A stretch of 64,000 nucleotides of DNA, taken from assembly GCA_963734545.1 (NCBI GenBank), contig CAVTHO010000008.1:288001-352000 (forward strand). Direction: 5' to 3'. This DNA is from an uncultured Spirochaetota bacterium (GTDB taxonomy: Bacteria > Spirochaetota > Spirochaetia > SZUA-6 > Fen-1364). Both the position numbers and the translations under genes were made by a program. Of the stretch, positions 38,205 to 48,065 are shown one piece after another (positions within the stretch are counted from its first letter, which is position 1; every line of letters starts with the position of its first letter). Under the pieces are notes generated by a model. That model did no database searches and was not told where the DNA came from. It saw nothing but the letters and a program-made list of their open reading frames with translations.

Positions 38205-39314
38205 ATGGCAGTCACTGTTGAGAAAGTCATAACGAAAAGGCAGATACGGGAGTTCATAAGGTTTCCGTATGCTTTGTACAAGAATGACCACAATTGGGTC
38301 CCCCCGCTGCTGATGGATGACTACCGAAAGATCAACCGAAGGAAGCATCCCTTCTACCAGCATGCAGAAGCAGAGTTTTTCCTTGCCCGCAAGGACGGAG
38401 CGGCTGCAGGCCGGATAGCGGCTATCCATGACACGATCTGGGAGCAGACACACAAGGAAAAGGCAGCGTACTGGGGGTGGTTCGAGTGCAGGGAAGACCA
38501 TGCAGTGGCACAACAGCTCTTCGACGCAGCTTTGGACTGGGCGCGCGGGAGGGGCTGCACGCGCATCATCGGTCCCATGTCGCCGAATGCAAACGACTAC
38601 ATCGGCTGTCAGATCGAGGGTTTCGAAGGATCGCCCGTCCTGTTCATGACCTACAACCCGGCATACTATGACCGGCTCATCCAGGGCTGCGGAAACCGCA
38701 AATGGAAGGATCTCGTCGCATGGCTGGTCGGACAGGATGCACCCGAGCGGCTGGCAAGGATCATGCCGCGCGTCGAGGCAAAGGGCGGATTTACCCTGAG
38801 AACGGTGAACATGAAGGACTTCAGGGGCGAGCTTGAGCGTTTCAATGACCTGTATAACCAGTTCGAGCAGGTGAACGCTGTTTTCACTCCCATGACGCCG
38901 GCGGAGGTCGACCTCATTGCCAAGGACCTGAAGATGGCGATCGACCCTGAGCTTGTCTTTTTTGCCGAAGTGGACGGGAAGCCGGTCGGAGTATCGCTGT
39001 CCGTTCCAGACTTCAACGTGGCCTTCAAGGCGGCTTATGGTCGCCTCTTCCCCTTCGGTCTTTTCCGTCTTCTTGCTGCGCGGAAGCGGATCCCCATCAT
39101 TCGGACGATCAGCATGGGGGTTCTCCAGGACTACCGGAATCGTGGTATCGACCTGTCCTTCTACTACAACACGTTTGTCAATGGAAAGCGGAAAGGATAC
39201 AAGGGGGCCGAATTGTCCTGGGTGGAAGAAGACAACGTGGCAATGACCAATACTGCGACAAAGATCGGCGCCACTCCGTATCGCAAATACAGGGTCTACG
39301 AGCAGGCACTCTAG
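38205..39314 (+). CDS. YghO-like GNAT, the family of bacterial ceramide synthase bCerS
   Basis: FIRFPYALY..D.NWVPPL, FFLA, GRIAA, GWFEC, IIGP, YNPAYY, ELSWVEEDN, YRKYRVY. AAGGAG ribosome-binding site. Confidence 0.8.
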   Translation: MAVTVEKVITKRQIREFIRFPYALYKNDHNWVPPLLMDDYRKINRRKHPFYQHAEAEFFLARKDGAAAGRIAAIHDTIWEQTHKEKAAYWGWFECREDHAVAQQLFDAALDWARGRGCTRIIGPMSPNANDYIGCQIEGFEGSPVLFMTYNPAYYDRLIQGCGNRKWKDLVAWLVGQDAPERLARIMPRVEAKGGFTLRTVNMKDFRGELERFNDLYNQFEQVNAVFTPMTPAEVDLIAKDLKMAIDPELVFFAEVDGKPVGVSLSVPDFNVAFKAAYGRLFPFGLFRLLAARKRIPIIRTISMGVLQDYRNRGIDLSFYYNTFVNGKRKGYKGAELSWVEEDNVAMTNTATKIGATPYRKYRVYEQAL

Positions 39315-39377
39315 GAGGACTCCTCGACGAGTGGGTGATTCTTCAGTCTTTCTTTCACGGCAGGTGACTGCGCTGAC

Positions 39378-39405
39378 TTGACTTCCCCCCGGCCAATGAT
39401 ATGAT
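39378..39405 (+). promoter_or_regulatory. Putative sigma70 promoter of the ABC operon
   Basis: TTGACT-N16-TATGAT with extended TG. Confidence 0.5.
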
Positions 39406-39665
39406 AGAGGCCCTGAATGTGAGAGGAAGGATGAGAAACCCTGTGCTTCCTCGGAACGGCAACTCCCATCTTACCGACCGTCTGAACGTTCTCGAATACG
39501 CCGGATAACCATCGCTCGATTTTGGATCGGGTCGATCGGGAGTCCGTGCCGGGGCGCATGAGGAAGGAGGTGATGCGGGCCATCGAAAGAGGGGCGTGAG
39601 AGCGGCGACATGCCGTCTCGCGCGCGTTTCCAGAACGTCATCCCATTCATACAGGAGGCTGAAAG

Positions 39666-41295
39666 ATGAGAAGGTTCGTGGTATTCGCATGTGTCATCGC
39701 TGTCCTCTGTCTGGGAGCGGCTGGCGCGGGGTGGGCCCAGATGATCAGCGGCTTCCCGACGACCAGCCAGCAGGAAGCGGATACGGCCCAGGCCGCCTTC
39801 GATAAGGCTGACAAAGGCAATCCCGATCCCGCCTGGAAAGGGGAAAAGTTCACCATCGGGGTGTACTCGGCGGGCCAGCGCGGCGCCATCTCGGGCCCGT
39901 GCTATTTCTGGAGAAACAAGTTCGAGGAGTTGACGGGGGCCACGTACGACATCGTGGAGATCCCTTTCGCCGAAATGAGAGAGAAGGTATTCACGGACAT
40001 GCAGACAGGGACCGGGCAGGTACGACATCCTCATCAACTGCTCCACCTTCTACGGCGACTACATTGCCAACGATTGGATCCTCCCCCTGGATAAATACTT
40101 CAGCGATCCGAGAATGCCGAAGTGGGACCGGGATTCGATCTCTCCCGCGGTCGCCAGCCTTTACAAGTGGGGCAACCACTGGTATGGGAGCAACAACGAC
40201 CACGACGCCCAGGTCCTGTATTTCCGCAAGGACATCATCGGTGACCCGAAGTGGCAGGCAGCGTTCAAGAAGGAAGTCGGACACGCCATGCCGGTGAAGA
40301 TGGACACCTGGGACGATGTGTACGAGATCTGCAAGTTCTTCAACGGGAAGGACTGGAACGGCGACGGCAAGCCTGACCACGGAATCTCGCTGCACCTGAA
40401 GGTCGGCGGCCAGGGTTTCTTCCATTTCATGGCTCTTTCCGCTCCTTACGTGGTCATCCCGTACCCCGGCAAGCCCATCACAAAGGTTGACCGGTACCAC
40501 AATGTGTACTGGTTCGACCCGGTGACCATGGAGCCTCTCATCAACTCTCCCGGTCACGTGGCAGCCCTCGAGATGCTCATCAAGCTGTCGAAAACCGGTA
40601 CCCCGGCCATGTGGGGCTGGAGCCTCGGCGAAGCATGGGCTGACTTCCTCTCGGGCAAAGCCATTGCAACGTTCTCCTGGGGGGACGTCGGGTCGCTTGC
40701 GGAAGACCCCACGCAGTCAGTGATCACGGGCAAGCTGGGAGCGCGCGGAATACCCGGTACCAGGTTCCCCTATGACATGCAGCAGAAGAAGTTCCTGAAG
40801 CTCGACAAGCCGAACATGGTCGGCAACCAGGTAGGATGCTCGTGGCACCCGGTGCTTTCGAAGTTTTCGAAGAATCCTGACCTGGCCTACTATTGGATGG
40901 CGTGGCAGGCAACGCCGGCCATCAACCACTGGAACGTGTACATGGGCTGGACCGGAGTCGATCCCGGAACCACGTACGACTGGTTCCCGCCGTACGGCAC
41001 GGCAACGGTGAAGGAGTACGTGGACGGAGGGTACAACGCGGACGACGCCAAGGCGTTCATCAACTCCTTCCAGGACAACTTCTACAACTACCCGATCTTC
41101 CAGAACTACATGCGCATCCCCGGCACCTCCGAAATGGACGAAATCTGGGACGTGCACCTGTCCGAGGCCATCACCGGCCAGGTCAGCGCCAAGGTCGCGC
41201 TGGACAGGACCGCTGCGGACTGGAAGCGCATCATCAATGACATAGGCAAGGCAGAGTCGCTGAAGCTCTACCAGGAGTCCATCGGATACAAGTAG
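39666..41295 (+). CDS. Sugar ABC transporter substrate-binding protein, +1 indel near 40020
   Basis: Signal peptide. FEELTGA...TGTGQ/YDIL joins two ORFs. LYFRKD, DWNGDG, RIPG. Confidence 0.88.
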
Positions 41296-41313
41296 GAGCT
41301 GCGCTCTTCACTC

Positions 41314-41347
41314 GAGGGGAGGGCCTCTCTCGGAGGCCCTCCCTCTC
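41314..41347 (+). other. Intercistronic stem-loop
   Basis: GAGGGGAGGGCCTC-TCTCG-GAGGCCCTCCCTCTC after the binding-protein gene. Confidence 0.6.
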
Positions 41348-41377
41348 TCATGCGGGTTCCGAGAGAAAGGGGTCAGG

Positions 41378-42250
41378 ATGAAGAGAGAGCCAGTGAAGTT
41401 CCTGTTCGTCGTTCCCGGCATCGCCTGGGTGCTGGTGTTCACCCTGTTCCCGCTTCTGTACTCCCTGCGGCTTGCCTTTATGAAAGCGCGCCTCACCGGG
41501 CCTCAGAGCTTCATCTGGTTCTCCAACTTCGGCCAGGCCTTCAGCGACTATCGATTCTGGACCGTGCTGCAGACCACCGTGTTCTTCGTCGTCTTCGATG
41601 TGGCCGTCAGTGTTGCCCTGGGCCTCATCCTGGCACTTCTCTTCTCCCGCCCTCTGAGAAAGGCGCTGGCAGGAAGCAGGTTCTTCCGCAGCCTCTTCAC
41701 CATGCCTATGTTCACCGCTCCCATCGCCCTGGGCTATTTGGGGCTGACGATCTTCCACGAGGACGTGGGAGCGGTGAACACCGTGCTGAAAGCCCTGGGC
41801 ATGATCGATGCCCCGCGCTGGTTCTCCAGCGTGTGGCTGGCCCGGTTTGCCATCTCCATCGTCGATATCTGGCAGTGGACCCCCTTCTGCTTCCTGGTGC
41901 TGCTGGCAGGGCTGCAATCCCTGCCCGAGGAGGTCTACGAGGCGGCCGTGCTTGACACATCCTCCGGGTGGCAGATGTTCAGAAAGATCACCTTTCCCAT
42001 GCTGGGCCCGGTGCTTTTCACCGTGATCATCCTGCGGGTGGTGGAGACCTTCAAGCTGCTGGATATTCCCTTCGCCCTGACATCCGGGGGACCCGGCATG
42101 GCAACCCAGACCTACAGTTTTTTCATCTACCTCACGGGCTTGCGCAACTTCAATTCCGGCTACGCCTCGGCGCTGGCCTACATCCTGCTGGTCATCATGC
42201 TGCTGATCAGCTCCTTTTTCTTCCGACGGCTTCGGGCCAACTACGATTGA
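41378..42250 (+). CDS. Carbohydrate ABC permease
   Basis: DIWQWTPF, LQSLPEEVYEAA..D (EAA loop), GGPG. Confidence 0.95.
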   Translation: MKREPVKFLFVVPGIAWVLVFTLFPLLYSLRLAFMKARLTGPQSFIWFSNFGQAFSDYRFWTVLQTTVFFVVFDVAVSVALGLILALLFSRPLRKALAGSRFFRSLFTMPMFTAPIALGYLGLTIFHEDVGAVNTVLKALGMIDAPRWFSSVWLARFAISIVDIWQWTPFCFLVLLAGLQSLPEEVYEAAVLDTSSGWQMFRKITFPMLGPVLFTVIILRVVETFKLLDIPFALTSGGPGMATQTYSFFIYLTGLRNFNSGYASALAYILLVIMLLISSFFFRRLRANYD

Positions 42251-42262
42251 GGAGGCGCATCC

Positions 42263-43117
42263 ATGATGGTTACGCGGAAGCATAGCGGGGCAACCTTCCT
42301 CATCTGGGTCGTGGTCATCGTGGCTGCCTGTTGGGCCTTCTTCCCCTTCTACTGGGCCATCATCACCAGCTTCAAGCCGCCCGGAGTCATCCTCACCAAG
42401 CCCTCCCTGGTGCCCTGGCTGCAGTACACCCCCACCACTGCCAACTGGGAGAACGAATACGTCACCCGGGGCAAGGAGATCGGCAGCGCCCTCCGCAACT
42501 CCGTCATTATCGCCGGGGGAGCCACCATCATCGCCGTTGCGCTGGGCACCATGGCAGGATACGGCCTTGCGCGATTCCGCTTCCACCGCTGGAAGAACAA
42601 AGACATGACCCTGTGGTTCCTCTCCCAGCGCTTCCTGCCCCCCATGGCCACGGCCATCCCCTTTTTCCTGGTCATGAAGTACTTCAGGCTTCTGGACACC
42701 CACTGGGCCCTCATCATCGCCAACGCCACATTCGTCATGCCCTTCGCCGTCCTGATCCTGCGTGACGTGTTCAAGGAGCTGCCCGTGGAACTGGAGGAGG
42801 CGGCCCTGGTGGACGGGGCCTCACGCTTCGGCACTTTCCTTCGCATCGGGCTTCCCCTGGCGGCGCCCGCCATTGCGGTGGCCGCGGTGATCTGCTTCTC
42901 CTTTGCGTGGAATGAGTTTCTCTTCGGACTGATCCTGACCTACCAGAAAGCGCAGCCGGTAACGGTGATCATCGCGGGGGTGGAGCACACGCAGGGCATC
43001 CAGTTCTGGTTCATCGCCACGCGGCTTCTGGCGGCCATCGTTCCCCCGGCCGTCCTGGCGCTGCTGGCCCAGCGATACGTGGTACGCGCACTGACGTTCG
43101 GTGCCATCAAGGGGTAA
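42263..43117 (+). CDS. Carbohydrate ABC permease
   Basis: LPVELEEAALVDGA, WNEF, GAIKG. Confidence 0.95.
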   Translation: MMVTRKHSGATFLIWVVVIVAACWAFFPFYWAIITSFKPPGVILTKPSLVPWLQYTPTTANWENEYVTRGKEIGSALRNSVIIAGGATIIAVALGTMAGYGLARFRFHRWKNKDMTLWFLSQRFLPPMATAIPFFLVMKYFRLLDTHWALIIANATFVMPFAVLILRDVFKELPVELEEAALVDGASRFGTFLRIGLPLAAPAIAVAAVICFSFAWNEFLFGLILTYQKAQPVTVIIAGVEHTQGIQFWFIATRLLAAIVPPAVLALLAQRYVVRALTFGAIKG

Positions 43118-43129
43118 CCGGGGTTTCGT

Positions 43130-43627
43130 ATGGCGAGAAAAACGACGCGGCTTTCTCTTCTCATCACTGCTTCGCTTCTTTTTCTGGGCGCCGGCCTCCT
43201 GTCGGCCGATGATACGCGCGCACCCCCCTCGTCCGGTCGTGGCGTGACTGCTTCTCAGCTTTGGGAGATGCTGCAGAAGAAGGACTTCTTCCTCGTCAGA
43301 GTAGTCTCGTCTGAAAAGGAGATTCCCCACACCGACGCGCACATCGCGTACATGGACACCCTTTCCAGATTGATCGAGTACCCACGGGACAGATCGGCCA
43401 GAATCATCGTGTACTGCATGACCGGCCGCACCTCCGCGCTGGCCCTGAAGGACCTCCAGGACGCGGGCTTCTCCAACGTGCAGATGCTGGAAGGCGGCAT
43501 GAAGGCGTGGGAGCAGGCAGGACTCCCGCTGGTCAGCCCTGGCGCCGCGCCAGAGGCTCTGTATCCAGCGGCTTCTGCGCAGCCACCGGCGACGCCTCCC
43601 CAGCCTTGTCCCTGCGGGCTGGAGTGA
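43130..43627 (+). CDS. Exported rhodanese-like protein
   Basis: Signal peptide, IIVYCMTGRTS, LEGGMKAW, C-terminal PCPCGLE. Confidence 0.85.
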   Translation: MARKTTRLSLLITASLLFLGAGLLSADDTRAPPSSGRGVTASQLWEMLQKKDFFLVRVVSSEKEIPHTDAHIAYMDTLSRLIEYPRDRSARIIVYCMTGRTSALALKDLQDAGFSNVQMLEGGMKAWEQAGLPLVSPGAAPEALYPAASAQPPATPPQPCPCGLE

Positions 43628-43713
43628 TCGGGCGCTGCAAAAGCCCGGCGCCCCCCCCTCCCATACGCCCTGCCTCGCGGTCCTGCCGCGGCACGCGACG
43701 AGCGGAGCCCCTG

Positions 43714-44189
43714 TCAGCCCGTCTTCCGGCTCAGGAGCAGGTCCACCGCCTCCCGGTTCTTCCACAGCGCGCACCCGCCTGCGGTCTCGGCGAACAGCGC
43801 ATGGTTCTCCCGTATGAGACCGAGGAAGCGCGAACGCAGAGCTTCCCTGAGCGGCACCTTCAGCAGGTTCGTGTCAGAATACGGGGCGAACGGGCAGGGC
43901 TCCAGGTCCCCGGTGGCGCTGATGTGCACGAAGCCGCGCCCCGAGGCCAGGCACCCTCCCTGCTCTTCCTCGTCCCACGGCACGGCAATGAACACGGCAG
44001 GGAAGCGCCGGCGGAAAGAGGCGACCAGGCTCTTCATGGCATCCCGCTGACCGTCGGTGATGACCCACTCGTCCGTGCGAGCAGGAGGAAAAGGCGGCAC
44101 CCGTCGTTGACGGCGCTCTGCACAAATGATTCGTCGGTGACAGTGCCGAAATTCGTCCGTGTCACGGTGAAAGAAAGACTGAAGAAGAT
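43714..44189 (-). pseudogene. Duplicated 3' fragment of the radical SAM/SPASM gene at 48066-49151
   Basis: Near-identical DNA to 48066-48563 over its middle and 5' part, with a 22-nt deletion at 44078/44079. No 5' half. Confidence 0.9.
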
Positions 44190-44202
44190 CATTCACCGAT
44201 AT

Positions 44203-45027
44203 CTATCCGGGCGTCCCGTCGTGCTTTCTTTTTTTGGCGAGCTGCTGCAGTTGTCCTGCGTGCACGTCGCTCACCCATTCCCAGCCTTTCTTGGCCGATG
44301 GGCCGATCCGCGGGTCGTCGGGAACACCGCCGTCATGCAGGGCATGCACGTACGCGCGATCCCGTTTGATCCGTGCGCGTACCTGATCAGCTCCGCCGAC
44401 GGACCCGTGACCGGGGATGAAGACATCGACATCGTCCGCCACGTCCTCGAGCAGCCGCAGCGCGGCGAGGTAGTCCTCGATCGGATCAGCGGCGCTCAAG
44501 TCGAGCATCGGAATTAGGACATCAGAAAGCATGTCGCCGGCGACGAGAACCCTGCGCTCCTCAATCAACAGGGCCGCATGGCCCGAAGCGTGCGCTTGAT
44601 GCTCGATAATCCGGACTTTAGGGCCGTCCCAAGGAATCTGCGCAGTTTTGGCGGGCAGACCGGTAATGAGGCCGAACAGGTCCAGCGGTACCTCGATTTC
44701 CGGCGGTAACTCCTCGGCGACTTGGGCCTTCCAGTCCGCCTTCGACAGAAGATCTCGGATATCAGCCGCGCAGCGGGCCGTGCCATAACGGGGCGCGGAG
44801 CCGAGCCGGGCGTGCCAGAGCAGGTGATCCCAATGTGGGTGCGTCGAGAAGCCTGCTGCAACGGTCTGGCCCGAATCGGACAGGTCACCAGCGAGGCAGG
44901 CCATTTCGTGGTCCTGTATCCCGGGGTCGATGAGCAACACGCCGGACGGGCCTTGTACGACAACGGCGTTACACTGGCAGAACTCGCTCTCGTGGATTTG
45001 TACACCCTCCGCGACCTGCTTCAGCAC
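44203..45027 (-). CDS. Metallo-beta-lactamase-fold hydrolase
   Basis: LLIDPG, THPHWDH, AHASGH, AGDML, IPGHG. GTG start after AAGGAG. Confidence 0.92.
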   Translation of the reverse strand: MLKQVAEGVQIHESEFCQCNAVVVQGPSGVLLIDPGIQDHEMACLAGDLSDSGQTVAAGFSTHPHWDHLLWHARLGSAPRYGTARCAADIRDLLSKADWKAQVAEELPPEIEVPLDLFGLITGLPAKTAQIPWDGPKVRIIEHQAHASGHAALLIEERRVLVAGDMLSDVLIPMLDLSAADPIEDYLAALRLLEDVADDVDVFIPGHGSVGGADQVRARIKRDRAYVHALHDGGVPDDPRIGPSAKKGWEWVSDVHAGQLQQLAKKRKHDGTPG

Positions 45028-45095
45028 GGGTGGCTCCTTCTATTCTTGACGCGATCCATAGGGTCCTCTCTAACGTCGCCCGGATTCGACATGTC

Positions 45096-45458
45096 TCATA
45101 CCGTTTCCGCGGGAAGGCCGCGTATCTCCTGGATGGGCCGTATCTCGATGGTCCCGACTCCCGCAACCGGGATTCGGCCGGCTATTTCGATGGCCTCATC
45201 CAGGTCCCGGACATCAACAAGGTAGTATCCCCCAAGCTGCTCGTGCGTCTCCGCGAACGGACCGTCGCTGACGACACGCTTCCCTCCGCGCACCCTGACG
45301 CAGGTTGCCGTGAACACGGACTGCAGAGGAGACGCGCCGAGGTAGCGGCCGCCGGCGGCGAGGTCACGAGCAAGCCGCGCCGAATCGCGGTAGCAGGCTT
45401 CCCGCTCGGCCTCGCTCAGCGCGTTTTCATCCAGGTAGACCAGGAGCATGTACTTCAT
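45096..45458 (-). CDS. YciI/DGPF family protein
   Basis: MKYMLLVY, DGPFAETHEQLGGYY, IEIRP. Confidence 0.93.
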   Translation of the reverse strand: MKYMLLVYLDENALSEAEREACYRDSARLARDLAAGGRYLGASPLQSVFTATCVRVRGGKRVVSDGPFAETHEQLGGYYLVDVRDLDEAIEIAGRIPVAGVGTIEIRPIQEIRGLPAETV

Positions 45459-45461
45459 ATG

Positions 45462-45872
45462 CTATGCCGGCGCTCCTGGCGCATTCTCTGCCCTCGTGAT
45501 GCGGGCATAACGGCCGTCCTCCCTGAGCTCCGGCTCGACGGGGCGCACTTCTATGCTGCCCAGTCGGGCCGAGGGCCAGCGGGAGGCCAGTCGGATGGCC
45601 TCATTCAGGTCCTGGGCGTCGATGAGGAAGAATCCGCCGAGAGACTCTTTTGTCTCGGCAAACGGACCGTCGGTGATGGAGAGCTCTCCGTTTCGGATGC
45701 GGACCGTCGCTGCGGTTCGCGTGCTCTGCAGGGGCTCTGTCGCGATGAGATGGCCGTCCAGTCTGAGCTGGTCGACGTAGTCCAGGGTCTCGCGTCGAAG
45801 CTGATCCCATTCGCTTTGGGAAAGGGCGTTCAGCTTTGTTTCCTCTTCGTAGGCAAGACAAAGGTATTTCAT
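45462..45872 (-). CDS. YciI/DGPF family protein
   Basis: [28 protein letters not shown]. Confidence 0.93.
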   Translation of the reverse strand: MKYLCLAYEEETKLNALSQSEWDQLRRETLDYVDQLRLDGHLIATEPLQSTRTAATVRIRNGELSITDGPFAETKESLGGFFLIDAQDLNEAIRLASRWPSARLGSIEVRPVEPELREDGRYARITRAENAPGAPA

Positions 45873-47143
45873 CTCTGTTCTCCTTCCGTGTATGAAGGGT
45901 CAAGCTCCCGCATCTTTCTTCTCAGGAAGCGGCGCTCCGGCTCCTGTCGGGTCAGGGCAAGGGCGGAGCGGAAAGACTCTCGGGCTTCGTCCGTTCTCCC
46001 CAACCTTCGGCACAGCTCTGCACGGGCCGCGTGCGCCAAGTGATACTCGGCGAGCTCGCCCCGAGCCAGCAAGGCATCGATGAGGTCCAGGCCGGGCCGC
46101 GGACCGTCACGCATCGCCACCGCCACCGCCCGGTTGAGCTCCACCACCGGCGAAGGGTTGGTCTGATACAGCAGGTCATAGAGCTCGGCAATCCGGGGCC
46201 ACTCCGTGGCCGCGGCCGTCAGGGATGCAGCGTGGACCGCCGCGATGCTGGCCTGGAGCGTGTAGGGGCCGGCGGGGCCGGACGCCCAGGCCCGTCCCAC
46301 CAGATCGATTCCCTCCGCGATCTGGTGCCGATCCCACAGCAATCGGTCCTGGTCCTCGAGAAGGACGAGATCGCCTTCTGGCGTCGATCGCGCGGCTCGG
46401 CGCGACTCCTGCAGCAGCATCAAGGCCAAGAGCCCTATCGCCTCCGGCGCCGGCAGAAGCTGCGCCAGAAGTCGTCCCAGGCGGATCGCCTCTCCCGAGA
46501 GATCCGCACGTGTCAGCGACTCCCCCGATGTCGCCGAGTAACCCTCGTTGAAAACCAGATAGACGACCCGGAGCACGGCATCGAGCCGCCCAGGCAGGTC
46601 TTTCTCCGAGGGCACTTCGTAGGGGATGCGGGCACCGCGGATTTTTGCCTTGGCTCGGACGATCCGCTGCGCGATCGTGACCGGGCTGGTCAGAAAAGCC
46701 CGGGCTATCTCCTCCGTGGTGAGCCCGCACACCTCCCTCAGCGTCAACGCCGGACGCGCGTCCGAGGACAGGGCCGTGTGACAGCAGGTAAAGATCAGTC
46801 GAAGCTGATCGTCAGGAACGGCCTCCAGGGAAGGAGAGTCCTGTTCGTAGGAGACCAGCAGAGGAGAGGCCAGCGCGGGAAGCGCCCTGTCGAAGCGGGA
46901 GCGACGCCGCAAGGCGTCAATCGCCTTGAAGCGCCCCGTCGATATCAACCATGAGCGCGGGTTGGCCGGCAGACCCTGCTCGGGCCACTGCCGCGCGGCG
47001 GCCGCGAAAGCATCGTGGAGGGCGTCCTCGGCCGTGTCGAAGTCGCCGAGCAGACGGATCAGGGTGGCCAGGATCCGCCGTGACTCAGCCCGATAGATTC
47101 TGTCCAGTATGGCGCCGACGGCTTCGGCCTCATGGGCACCCAT
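45869..47143 (-). CDS. ECF sigma factor with C-terminal TPR extension (ECF42-like)
   Basis: [52 protein letters not shown]. Adjacent to DGPF genes. Confidence 0.92.
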   Translation of the reverse strand: MGAHEAEAVGAILDRIYRAESRRILATLIRLLGDFDTAEDALHDAFAAAARQWPEQGLPANPRSWLISTGRFKAIDALRRRSRFDRALPALASPLLVSYEQDSPSLEAVPDDQLRLIFTCCHTALSSDARPALTLREVCGLTTEEIARAFLTSPVTIAQRIVRAKAKIRGARIPYEVPSEKDLPGRLDAVLRVVYLVFNEGYSATSGESLTRADLSGEAIRLGRLLAQLLPAPEAIGLLALMLLQESRRAARSTPEGDLVLLEDQDRLLWDRHQIAEGIDLVGRAWASGPAGPYTLQASIAAVHAASLTAAATEWPRIAELYDLLYQTNPSPVVELNRAVAVAMRDGPRPGLDLIDALLARGELAEYHLAHAARAELCRRLGRTDEARESFRSALALTRQEPERRFLRRKMRELDPSYTEGEQR

Positions 47144-47152
47144 CTCCCGCTG

Positions 47153-47686
47153 TTACCGTCCTTCGTACGCCCGCTTCAGGGTGGCGATGTCTATCTTCTT
47201 CATCTGCAGCATGGCATTCATGACCCTGGTGGATCTTTCCCGATCGGGGCCGCCCATCAGCTCCGGCAGCGCCTTCGGGATCACCTGCCATGACACGCCA
47301 TACGTGTCTTTCAGCCAGCCGCACTGCTCCGCCCGGGGGTCGGCTGAGAGCTTTTCCCAGAAGTAGTCCACCTCCCTCTGGTCAGCGCATTCGAGGTAGA
47401 GGGAAATGGCCTCCGTGAACTTGAACATGGGACCTCCATCGAGCGCCATGAACCGCTGCCCCGCCAGTACGAATACGCCGGTGAGGACCTTCCCCTCCAT
47501 GCCTTTCATGAGCTCGTCCAGCGCCTTGTCCGGATACTCCAGGCCGCCATGCCGGCTGATACTGAGGATCTTCGAGTCACCATTCTTTGGCGACCCCGCG
47601 AAGACCGAGACGTAGAAGTTCATCGCCTCCTCGGCCTGCCTGTCGAACCACAGAAACGGGGTGATTGCCTGTGTCTCTGCCTTCAT
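47153..47686 (-). CDS. VOC/PhnB family protein
   Basis: ITPFLWFD, AEEAMNFY, FMALDGGP, CGWLKDTYGVSWQ. Confidence 0.92.
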   Translation of the reverse strand: MKAETQAITPFLWFDRQAEEAMNFYVSVFAGSPKNGDSKILSISRHGGLEYPDKALDELMKGMEGKVLTGVFVLAGQRFMALDGGPMFKFTEAISLYLECADQREVDYFWEKLSADPRAEQCGWLKDTYGVSWQVIPKALPELMGGPDRERSTRVMNAMLQMKKIDIATLKRAYEGR

Positions 47687-48065
47687 GCCTGCTTCCTCCT
47701 GAGTCCGGCGACACCGCCAGCTCAAGATATTGTCGTTTCCGGGGAAAGGAAATCGACAGGGAAGGAGCTGCTTTCTCGCGCTCGCCGCAATGGCAGGCAC
47801 CCGTTCGGTGTCACTCACTTGTCAGGAGTCTCATGAGGGCGCGGGGCGAAGAGGCCAATCTGGGGGAAATCCTGGACGAGCTTGAGACCCGTGGTGCGTA
47901 GGGGAGCGTCTCCCTCATCTTTCTGGATGGCAACGGGCAGGGACATGGTTCGCCGACACCAACCAGGCCTTCCTATCGGCTGGCTTCTCTACGAACGCAG
48001 CGAGCCCGGAGTCCCCGCTCCCTGATGAGCGGTACCCCGGCCATGGCAGGGAAGCTTTACCCGAG

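Noticed and set aside
39564-39574. AAGGAGGTGAT as a 16S rRNA 3' end fragment
   Set aside because: The flanks show no rRNA similarity. It is only a Shine-Dalgarno-like string.
47833-48020. Short ORF MRARGEEANLGEILDELETRGA after an AGGAG
   Set aside because: It is too short to assign. It may be a gene remnant near the insertion boundary, but no family could be recognised.
44190-48065. Transposon or integrative element
   Set aside because: No transposase, integrase or terminal inverted repeats were seen. It is kept only as a duplication-flanked block.
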